A DNA stretch of 63,961 nucleotides, counting the filler, from Thraustochytrium aureum (taxonomy: Eukaryota), in the NCBI GenBank assembly GCA_012862495.1. It is 7 parts of 4 records of this genome, joined end to end, with 100 filler letters (N's around TTAATTAATTAA, not from the genome) between each part and the next. Parts side by side here need not be neighbours in the genome. Positions count along the whole stretch, not along the records: positions 1 to 28,397 come from BLSG01000058.1; positions 28,498 to 40,694 come from BLSG01000058.1; 5 more parts are not named here. One strand, given 5' to 3'. Within the stretch, counting starts at the first letter, position 1; each line of letters begins with the position of its first letter. Shown here in pieces: positions 23,977 to 34,400 of the stretch. The notes under the pieces were generated by a model. That model was given only the letters and a program-made list of their open reading frames with translations, did no database searches and had not been told where the DNA came from. Position numbers and translations under genes: made by a program.

Positions 23977-26576
23977 TCACCGGAACCGACGAAGCAGTCG
24001 AAGCGCAAAGCGGGTGTTTGCTTGGGACAGAGCCCCGCCGGCGGCATGGCCGCGCCAAACCCACGCCAAAGAGGAGCCGTGACGTTTCTGCAGAAAGTCA
24101 ACTGTGACAGCTCTCCTGTTGCCAACCCGGACGCGAGGATTAGAAACAAAGCCGCTAAGGCCATGTTGGTTGGCCTCGAGAGGAATCGGGGCGGAATCAG
24201 ACGCATTCTTGACTGCAGCATGAATCTCAGGGCGGCCGGAGATGAACCGAGGCAGGACCTCCACGTCACGCAACAGCTCATCCGCGCTCCACGACGACTT
24301 GGAGCTTTGCACGAGGTTGGAGAGAACGGGAAAGTCGATCTCGGTTGACAACAGCGGGACCCACTGATACTTGTATCGACGGCCGTTGGGGTCAAGTTGG
24401 ACAGCTTCTGGATCCGGGTACAGGTCACGAATCGGCGAGTCGCTCGAGAGCATGAAATTCGCACACGCTTCAGGGACGGCGTGGCTGCTGGCCGCCGGGA
24501 GCACGGCCATGAGCTGCTCGATGGGCGTGGGCGGTTGAGACACGGCCCACGAGTCGATTTCCTCACGCTTTACGGTGGGAAGCGCGTTGAGGATATCAAC
24601 CGCAAACGGCGCGTAATGGTGCTCGTAATACCACTCCCAGCTCGGATGGCCCTCGAGGTAGTAGCGGATGGCCCACTGCATTCCGCGCAGGTAGTCGACA
24701 GCGAGCTTGCGTACAAAGCCCGGGTTCTCGGCGGGGTCGACGTCGAGTTTTTCAATGTAGTACTTGCGCGGTACGACCTTGCCCTCAGCGTCGTGATCAG
24801 TGAACGATCGCTGGCGCCCATACTGCTCACCTGGCTGTCCTCAATCATCGCCTTCACCTCTAACAGTTCCTCCTCGTAGAGGCGTTTCGAGATCCTTATC
24901 ACCGTACTAACCCACGCGTCCTTTTGGCTCTCGGATTTGAATCTTGGCACACTGAGCTCGACTTGGTTCCCTCTGCCGTGAAACACAGAACGGAGCTTGA
25001 GGGCTTTGGCAAGCGCACTTACATGCTTATGTTCGATGTCGTTGAGCTTGACGAGCGACATGACAGAAGGACCCGACGAGCCCGGGATCACTCGCCCAGT
25101 CTGGCCATGGTCAAACTTGAAGGAGCCAATATCGAGGTCACTGTGTGGCAGAACAATCGCACTTTGGACAACGCCCGGGGAGAGTTTTGAAGCCTCAGTT
25201 ACCGCGAACGAAGCGACTGCGCTGAGGATCCGATAAACACATTTCACCCTGGGGACCGCGTTGTCGTGCAGAAACCCGCATCGCGAGCCTGTGCGGCAGC
25301 CCATCGCCGACTGGAAATCTTTGCATTGGGTCATGCTGCGAGGCGCTCTCCAAGACGGCCTTGACTGCGACAGCCCCAAGACGCGCACTGCTTTCTTCTC
25401 AGGGACAAGCCCAGAGACGTCGACCATGTTGCTCTCCTCGAAGTCCACAACCAACTCGAGCACGCGCGCGAGCACCTCTGTGTTGATCGAACGCGTCGTC
25501 CTGTCCACTATGAACTCCCGTCTGGCTTTCAACTCGTTGAAGTAGCAGGTCAAGACGGACCCCAGCACCTGGTTGCGAACGTCAAACGTCGGGAGGTGGG
25601 GCAGAAAGTCGTTGCCGCCGAAAAAGAACAACATGATCATGTCGTCGATGACGTTTTCGAACTCTGCGGGACTGAGCTTCAGGGACGCCGTCTTGGTCGC
25701 AAGCGTTTCCCGGATCTTGTCTGCGTAGAGGATGCGAAAGACACGCCCGCCTTGCTTGTTGTAAGCGATTGGGTCCATCTTTTGCAGCCGTCGGTTGCGA
25801 GCAATCTGCTCTGTTTGACGCGTCAAGTTGCGCAGCACGCCAACGCCGGGCTGGTGCAGGGCCAAACACAGCATAGAGAGGTCGGCATCCTCGCCGACTA
25901 TGCAGTGCTTGAGGCGGTGTTCTTTGGGCACGCCTGATTCAGGATTAGCCGGCTGGTGGCCGCCCGCGGGCTTGTCGCCGAGTGCGGCGGATTGGTGACG
26001 AATGAAATCGAGGATCTTGTGCTCGCCTTCACCGGGGCAGCCCGAGTCTGAGATAATCACATCGACTGTGCTCCAGCAGCGTTGGCCTGAGGCGATACGT
26101 TCCGCGACGTAGCTTTCCATGTACACGCTGAGCCTGTGCATAAAATCCGTGCCGGGGGAGATGACGTTCGAGTCCCACGGATCGGCTGCATCCACAAGCA
26201 CAGGCAAAACTTCACCAAGCTCGGCCTTGTACTCGCGCAACTTGCGCTCCACGGTGACCTGCTCGTCGCGTTCGAGAGCTGAGCGCAGGCGCCTAGAGCG
26301 CTGTTGGCGCATTTTGGCTCCGGGCGCGACACCGTCGATCGCGATGTACACGAGCTTGTCTGGCTTGGCCACCTTCAGAATGTGTTCCAGCTCGACGCAC
26401 ACTGCTGCCAGCATCTGCTCCTCGGTCCTTTCTTTCGTCTCGGGCGAGTCGTGGCATGCAGGGTGGATCACGCTGTTCATGTCAATGTAAAGGTTCTCCG
26501 TCGACAAGCCATGAACTTCCATTTCCACATTCTGAAAGTATTTGAGCAGCCACCCGTAGAACCCTGGGACGCCCAT
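23977..26576 (-). CDS. XRN-family 5'-3' exoribonuclease with CCCH zinc finger and R3H-like insert; frame change about 24760-24840
   Basis: MGVPGFY, NLYIDMNSVIHPACH, AIDGVAPGAKMRQQRSRR, DSNVISPGTDFM, GEGEHKILDFIR, GEDADL, GNDFLPHLP, WAIRYYLEGHPSWEWYYEHHYAP, EQLMAVLP. Confidence 0.92.
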
Positions 26577-26759
26577 TTTCCTTCAGCGACCCGCCAGAGG
26601 CACAGCCAGACAGCCAGGCAGGCAGCGAGCTAGCCAGCCAGCCAGCTAGCCCTTCGTTGCCACAGCACAGTCAGCAACGCAGCAGTGCGTGGGCGGGCCC
26701 AAGCCGGCCCTCAGCGGCCAACCGCTCGCTCTTCCACAGGCGTTCGCAAAGCTTCGCAG

Positions 26760-26820
26760 CCGCTCGAGGTCGTTCGAAGTCGCTCGAAGCCGCTCGAAGC
26801 CGTTCTCGGCCGCTCGCAGG
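26760..26820. repeat. Degenerate 10-bp tandem repeat (consensus YCGYTCGAAG) in the divergent XRN/dioxygenase intergenic region
   Basis: ccgctcgagg tcgttcgaag tcgctcgaag ccgctcgaag ccgttctcgg ccgctcgcag. Confidence 0.65.
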
Positions 26821-27503
26821 TGCCCCACGCGCCGCCGCTCGCGCGTTGCTCGCCAACCCCGCGCGCAGCCACTCCGCCAGATTGCACGTCTGCAACTCCA
26901 CCAAATGCTCCACTCCGCCGCTCCTACGAGCCACTCAACGCCGTTCAATCGATTTAAAACACCCGATTTAATTATTAATCCGCGGGAGCTCACTGATCAG
27001 CGTGATGGTGCCACTTGCGCCGCGGCTCTGTGATGGTGGTGACAGTGCGCAGCGCTGGTTGGGCCTGCGTGCGCGGTGCTTCGCTCTCGAGAGCGAGCTG
27101 GCTCTCTAGCTAGCCAGAGGGACTCGTGGACTGGGTCGCGCGCCTCGGGAGCTGCGCGGCGCTCGCTCTCGTGCCACTGGGTGGTTCGCTCTTCTTGTGC
27201 CGCTGGGTCGCTCGCCTGCGGACGGACCTGCGCGGCGCGGCTCGTCGCTCTAGCTTGTGCCTGCTCCTCGGGGCCTGCGCTGCGCTGCGCTGCTCGTCGT
27301 CTCTAGAGCTAGCTCTAGCTAGCTAGTGCCTCGAGGAGCGGCCGTCTGCGCCTGGCGTAGTCGTGCGGGCGTTCTGTGCAAGTACGTGCTCGCGGCGTCT
27401 CGACGTGTGGGCGTCCAGGAAGCTCCTTGCTCGCTAGCTTGCGCCTTTGATTGCGCGCGCCCGGGAGCGGAGCGTCGCTGATCGTGGGGGCAGTTGCGAC
27501 TCG

Positions 27504-28390
27504 ATGGAGGCCTCGCGGAAGCGGCAGCGAGCTGAGCCGTCTCATGGCGGGTTGGCCAAAAAATACGGCCTGGGCGAAAGCGTGCCTTGAGGGAAGCCAA
27601 GCAGACGCCGAGACGGCCGGCGAGGGCAGGCTCGGAAACGGTGGTGAAGAACCAGGCAAGTCGTGCTGCAGTGCGCGCAGATGCGAAGGTGGAGAGCCCT
27701 GGCGCGAAAAAGCACGTCTCCGAGGCGGACCACGCTCAAGTGGTCTCACTCTTGCAAATGGTGGACTGGGCCAGCGTTGTAAACACCGGGAGGAAAAACG
27801 TGATCGATCCAGCGAAGGCGCCCAAGGACAGCCGCGGAAAGCCGTTTTGCCACTCTTTCATCCTGGGCCCAAACATGAAGGACCCCGAACGAAGACCGTC
27901 GTACTGGACGGAGCAGAACCCGCTGCTCTGGGACAAGCTGCGCCAGTTGATGCAGGCGTATGACCCCGAGCACGCGTTTACCAACATAACGGTTAACAAG
28001 AACTTTCGGTGCAAGCCCCACCGCGACCGCGGCAACACCGGGAAGAGCTACATTATTGCGTTCGGCGACTATTCCGGTGGCGAGCTATGTGTTGGGCCCC
28101 GCGAGAAGAACGCGAGCGGACCTGCGGCGCTCGCCCCGCGCAAGTACGCCAAGCTGGACTTGCACTGCCGGTTTGAGGCCTTTTACGGCTGTGAGCAGAC
28201 GCACTGGGTATCGGACTTTGAGGGCGAGCGGTTCACTTGCGTTTTTTACAACTTCCCGGACGTACACGAGAAAGGTCGGCGAGCGCATGGGGTGGCTCTG
28301 GCCCCGCGCCCGGAGAGCGCTCCGCCGGGCGCCACGGCGCTTGCGAACAAACTGGAGCAGTTCAAGGCTAAGCTAGGGCGGCGTCGTTAA
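27504..28390 (+). CDS. 2OG-Fe(II) dioxygenase, TET/JBP-like; probable frameshift in the A-run at about 27560
   Basis: FTNITVNKNFRCKPHRDRGN (HxDxxN), FGDYSGGEL, HWVSDFEGERFTCVFY (distal His plus the 2OG-binding Arg); basic N-terminus. Confidence 0.72.
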
Positions 28391-28441
28391 GAGGATTNNN
28401 NNNNNNNNNNNNNNNNNNNNNNNNNNNNNNNNNNNNNNNNN

Positions 28442-28453
28442 TTAATTAATTAA
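28442..28453. other. Artificial contig-join linker TTAATTAATTAA (also at 40739, 50904, 60010, 61543 and 62827)
   Basis: Identical 12-mer with stops in all six frames, each flanked by 44-N runs to give 100-nt spacers. Confidence 0.95.
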
Positions 28454-28498
28454 NNNNNNNNNNNNNNNNNNNNNNNNNNNNNNNNNNNNNNNNNNNNG

Positions 28499-31400
28499 TC
28501 GCCATGCTCTTCGGCGGAGTGTGTTCACGACATTTATTCGAGCGAGTGCAGGGACCAAGTCGCGGCATACTGCTACAACAACCAAGACAACGACCCGGCG
28601 TGCTCAGGATTTGATGGCGGCCCCACATATCCACCGACTCCGTCTGGAGACAACAGTGGCGGCTGTCCGTTCCGCAAGGACACGACTGGGTCACCATGCT
28701 TTCACCCCCAATGTATCCAGGATTTCACGTTGGGTGCGTGTAACGAGGCAATTGCAGAGTACTGCTCACCATTCGACGTCGATCCTATGTGTGAGCACTA
28801 CATGCAGTGTCGATTCTCGAAGAACTCTCATGGCTCGCCTTGCCTGATTGCAGGATGCAGACGAACGTCAGTCGAAAATTTGGGATGTGTTGACGGAATC
28901 CTAGACTATTGCGCAAGCGCGGTGGGCGACGTTGGGTGCGAAGCAGTTCGCCAATGCCCCTTCGATGCGAATGCGATCTTCTCTCCGTGTCGGACGGTGG
29001 CCTGCCTTTTGGGATTCGACAGCGCCGAATGTCAACGTAATATCGAAGCGTACTGTGCAGATAAGTCGTCACCAAATCGCGACGAAGCCTGCAAAGCCTA
29101 TGCTGAAGAGTACATCAAGTGCCCTTTCGCGAAATGGGACACCACCTCACCCTGCTACGCAGACGCCTGCCTTGAGGACGCTACATCGAGCCAGTGCAAG
29201 GTGGTTGTTAGCTCGTACTGCGCAAGAGCTGCAACCGACGCCGCGTGCTCGTCGTTCGAGAAAGCCACGATTGCGCCCACCATGAGGCCCACCATTACGC
29301 CCACCATGGCACCCACCGTGGCCGTGCTGAGCGGTAGGATGTCCACGTTTTGGTGCTCGAGCACCGAGCCACGAGCTGGGAGCGAAATCAGGTGCGAATT
29401 CTATGCACTCTCGCGGTCGGGCAACCCAATGTTCATCCCCTCGACAGAGCTCGCTTTCCAATTCGTCCAGCTGTACGAGGTCAAAGACAACGAGCCCGGA
29501 GTTCCTGTCAAGAACAACACGAGCGAAACGACACCACACGAATCCGAAGACGGCTACGACGATTTGTACGAGCCCTTAGGATGGCCGTTTGGACCCAACT
29601 TGGCGGAGGGGGCCGAAAAGCAGTCGGCAACCCGGCTTACACCAGGTCAAGGCGGTGGCTGGGTGGCGACGTTCCGACCCGCGCGTGTAGGTTTGTGGGT
29701 GGCCTCTGTGGTCCCAGTAAATCAGTCGCACATTAGGGTTTATAGCCCAGCGATCATCAATGTCACGCCTGGGCCGGTTGACGTTTCAACCAGCGCGCTC
29801 GACTGCCCTGACACAGTACCAGGATTTGCGATGTTCACCTGCATGGCCAGTCTTTTCGACAGCTATGGCAACCCCTGCCTTGACGCAGCAGAGGTCCGCG
29901 CTATTGCAGTGGATCGTTCTCGAGCCGGGGGTCAGCCGACCTTTCTGCGTCTCGAGCCGCTTACAGGTCGGCTGGATTGGAGCCAGTATAGCTCTCCCGA
30001 ATCTGCGTTAGCGGATGCGCAGGGCAAATTTGTGGTTGACGCATACGCGCCTTATCTCACCGAGGGCCTCGTTATCTCTGCCCTTGTTCGTGACACGCAC
30101 CTGGGAAATTCCCCGGTGAACGTGTCTGTAGTTCCGATTGAGATCGACGGAGATGCGTCATCCATTTCATGCTCGGAAGACGTCACTGCAGGCCGACCCC
30201 TCCACTGCACTGTTGCGCTGTTTGACGTGGAAAACGCGCGCGTTGCGGCAGGCTCGCTGCAGTCCGTCGTAAGCGCCAAGCTTTACCAATCGGATGGATC
30301 CGTCCTCGTGGCGTCGATTTCCTTCGATGAGGCGAGCGAAGTCTTTTCCGCGGACTTGAACCCCACGCGATCGGGTTTGGCGCGCATCAAGGTCTTCTTT
30401 CCGTCTCTCGGCGGAGTGTCGCCCATCAACGACGGGCTAGCATTTAATATCTCTGCTGGGCCCGTCAACTCGGCAAAGTCCACCTTTACTTGCGGAAGCG
30501 CGAGGAGCGCCGGAGGAACTAGCGCGCCAGCAGGAGAGATGTTTCAGTGCCGCCTCGCGCTAATCGACGACTTTGGAAATCGTGCCTTGTCAGAGCCCGA
30601 GTTCCAGAGCGCCTCGTTTTCTATCGCCGATCGCCCTGCCGTGAATGTTAGCTGGGAGTGGGTTCGGAGTGCTCGCTCGCAGACCGACGTCTTGCTCTCT
30701 GTCGAAGGAATCGAAACATCCGGGGTCGTAAGCGTGGTCCCAGCGTTTGATGGTGCAACTCTTGCACCCGCGTCTGTCTCAATCATCCCCGGGCCCGTCA
30801 TGACCTCTGCCAGCTCCTTCCAGTGCGACTCGCCCGTTTCCGCTGGCGCTGTGGCGACCTGTCGAGTCTTGGCCAAGGACCGCTTTGGAAATCCAAGTGA
30901 CCAGGTCGCGAGCCTCGACGCATTCTCCGTGGTAGCAGAGTCAGACACGCAAATTGTCGTTGGGCGAGTCGAGCGAGTCAAGCTCAGCAGCACCGACGCG
31001 GCGGGGCTCTTGGCGGTGTTTCGCGCGCCGCTTGTGGCAAGTCAACTTGTGGTCAGTGTCGGGCTTGACGGAGTTTGGCTCAACACCGACGACCCGGCTA
31101 GCGCGCTTGTAACGGTTGAGCCACTATCAGTTGGGCTAGTGGACTTCTCCTGCCCCACGCTCCTTGGAGCCAACGACCCTGCTTCGCAAGCCCAGGTCGT
31201 TGCGGGGACCGTCATCAACTGCAATGCCACGCTGCGACAGGCCATCCTCGACCCCCCGGTTGGCGATGCCTCCGTGGCAAGCCTCGTTCTCGGCCAGGTA
31301 GAGTCTCTTGGTCAGCTAGGAATGGTACGCGACACTTCCTTTTCCGGAAGCCCTGGCGTGTACACTGTGCAGTTTCGTCCAACAAGGTCGGGCAAGGTGA

Positions 31401-34400
31401 GGCTCTCGGCCGCGTTTGACAACGGCATGGGTGTCTTGCTTCGAAGCCCGATGTCGTTCATCGTGAACGTCGACGCAGCTCAGCCCGCTCCGGCTCAATC
31501 AAAAGTGAGTTGTCTATCGTCGGAGATTGTGGCGGGCACCGCACTCAGGTGCGGCGTTGCCATCAGAGACGAGTTTGGGAACTCTGTTCCCGAGACTGCC
31601 GTGCAAGTCAGTCAATTGTCCGCGTCAGCCGTGCTGAGCAGCGGATCCGCGTCCGCCGCCTCCGCCTCGGTGTGGGAGTTCACCCAGACAACGGGGCTGT
31701 GGACATTTTCATTGACTGGGCTCTCTCGTACTGGCATCTGGACTGTACAAGCCCGAATGAACGATCAACTGGTCCAAGGGGAGGCGCCCAGGGTGAATGT
31801 GCGAGCTGGCCCCCTTCAACCCCAATTCGCGTCACTCAAATGCCCTGGGTCTATCTACGGCGGATCATCAGTCACATGCGCGCTCGTCACTGTCGACTCT
31901 TTCGGCAACCCGACCCAGCAAGTTGACCTGGCTAGGCTCGCTGTCACGGTGATGGACTCAACGACGAGCTTGCGCTCGTTCGCTCGCGTCTCACAAGTTA
32001 CTGCAACAACGCCGACTGCATCAGGCTGCCCCTTCGAGCCTCTCAAGGTCGGCGAAAGCTCAGTATGCGGCGCATTCCGAGCGTCATTCAAGGCACCGTT
32101 CGTCGCTACCACGCTTGAGATTCTGGCAACCTTCAACAACGTCGCGCTCGGAGGCGCAAACGCATCCCGCGTTACAGTTGAGCCCTTGCAGCTCTCGCAG
32201 ACGGCGTCGTCCATGTCTTGTCTAAGCGCTGAAGGTCAGCCAATCGAAGGGCACATCACCGTGGTCGCTGGGACTCGCCTTGATTGTATTGTCACAACGG
32301 TTGACTCTGCAGGGAGCACAGTTGGAGACGCCTCTCTTGTAACAGCACTTCAGCCCGTAGGCTCGGGGCTCAAGCTTGCAGAATCATCGGTCGAATTCCT
32401 GAGTGTGGGCGCTTTCCGAGCCTCGTTCACGTTTACACAAGCTGGAAATACCACACTGTTCCTCACTTCAGTTTTGACCGGAGGAGCGCCGATCGGAAAT
32501 CCCGCCACGGCAACTGTTCAAGCGGATGTTGTTTCCGCGGCTCGCTCCACATTCGACTGCTCAGCGCGAACTGCATCAAGTGGTCAAACACTCACGGCTG
32601 TCGTTGCCAGTGCGCAGAGCGAGCTCCGCTGGGCATTGTGTTTCGCGACCAGTACGGAAACAAAGCGGGTACGATGGACGACATGCGCAATGTCCTTGTC
32701 GACTCGCCGCTATTCGAATTCAACCACGACGCGGCGCCTTCATTTGAGTGGGCACAATCCCCTTCCTCCAATGTCGACGCTTGGTATCGTATCAGAGGGC
32801 TGAGCGTCGCCGGCGAGTACGAGCTGTCCGCTTCTTTGCGAGGGCTTATGTTAACAAGTCCGACCAACGTGGCCAAGTTCGTCGTTGTTGGCGGTTTGCC
32901 TTCTGCTGCAATGAGCTCATTTGCTTGTCCTGAGCTCGGCGTGGGAGGAGCAAGTATTCTCTGCAACATTGATGCTAGAGATGCGTTTGGCAACGCAGCA
33001 GCACAGACTGCAGAGGCCACAGCAGCGCTCTCGATCGTTGGGGCGGTGGAGGGCTCCGAGTCGATATCCCTCCGCGGCGTCGTCCAAGTCGCTGAATCGG
33101 GGGGCTTCCAAGCGCGTTTTCGGGCACCATCGCTTGGGGGAAACGTCACGGCGCAGGTATACGTCAACAAGGTCGCGATCCCGCCAGGGCCGTCTCGAAC
33201 GGTGGTGAGCCCCATTGACATCTCGATTTCACTCTCGACACTCGAGTGCGCCCAGCACGGCGCTCATGCCGTCATCTCCGCTGGAGACGAGTTTGTTTGC
33301 ACCCTCACTTTGAAGAGCGCGAATGGGATGCCCGTTGGAGATGCATCGATGCGTTCACTCGTTGCAGTTTCGGCCCGTAATGCAGGGGCCAAGCTCGACC
33401 CTCCTGGCCTCCTCTTCGTTAAAGAGGGAATGTTCTCCGTCGTCGTCGTGCCTACCTTTGTTGGTTCACTGCAGGTTTCTGCTGCCTATCGCAGCGGGTC
33501 AAGCTTTGAGCCTGTTGGGGAGCACACCGCCTCCGTTCAGGCGGGCCTGATCGATCCATCCATCTCCTCGCTAAAGTGCCAGGGCAATGTAGCGAGCGAG
33601 AAGATGGTGATTTGCCAAGCGTTTCTGTTTGATGCGTTTCGGCAACCTGGCCGGGAACGCATCAGACGCAGCCGCACTCGAAGTGGTGCTTCCTAATCAC
33701 ATCACGGAAGCGGGCGCCGAAGCATCTATCGAGTGGGACCAAGCCTTGCACACCTTCCGCATCGTCCTGTCCGGGTTTGCTCTCACGGGCACGCATCTGG
33801 TTTCGCTACTTTACCTCGGCACGCCAATTGGAGATTCAATGCAAGCGTTTGACGTCTGGCCCAGCAGTGTATTCGCAGGGACAAGCGACCTGAGCTGCCC
33901 GTCGTCGTTCATTGCTGGGACGACAGCCAAGTGCACAATTCTTGCGCGTGATCGTTTCGGGAACGACGCCACTTTCGCCACGGGGCGCATGACCTTCAAC
34001 CGCGCGTTTGGGCCGGACTTTTCTGTATTCGAGTTTGGGACAGTGCAGAGCGGCTCCTCGAAGCCCACATCATCAAGTAGTGGGCCAACGACCGCCGCGT
34101 TCGAGCTTGCGTTTGCGGTGCCCGACGATTCGGCTTCCGTGAGAGTGGCGGCATTTTTGGATACAATTCCCCTTGGCGTCCCGGTCACCGTCAGTATTTC
34201 CCCGCTTAGCGTCGACCTAGGGCTGTCGGAGTTTACCTGCGCCGACGTGGAGCTCGTTGCGGGTGAAACTGTGGATTGTTTCGCGACGTTACGAAACCCG
34301 GAGGGGGAGCTCGTTGGAACGGAGACTAGTGCAATGTCGTTTGACCCAGTTCTGCTTCAGCCGGGCGCCCGTGCCAGCCGAGGGTTCTCCGCGGCGGCGT

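Noticed and set aside
23817..24107. Small plus-strand ORF MKWLWFRMNTTG...
   Set aside because: Overlaps the XRN 3' end and has no recognisable motif; unsupported without transcripts.
26760..26820. CRISPR-like array
   Set aside because: Units are 10 bp with no spacers, there are no cas genes, and the context is eukaryotic.
28398..28497. TTAATTAATTAA palindrome as a biological element (six copies)
   Set aside because: Always flanked by 44 Ns on each side with stops in all frames, so it is a scaffolding linker. Gene adjacency across these joins is not reliable.
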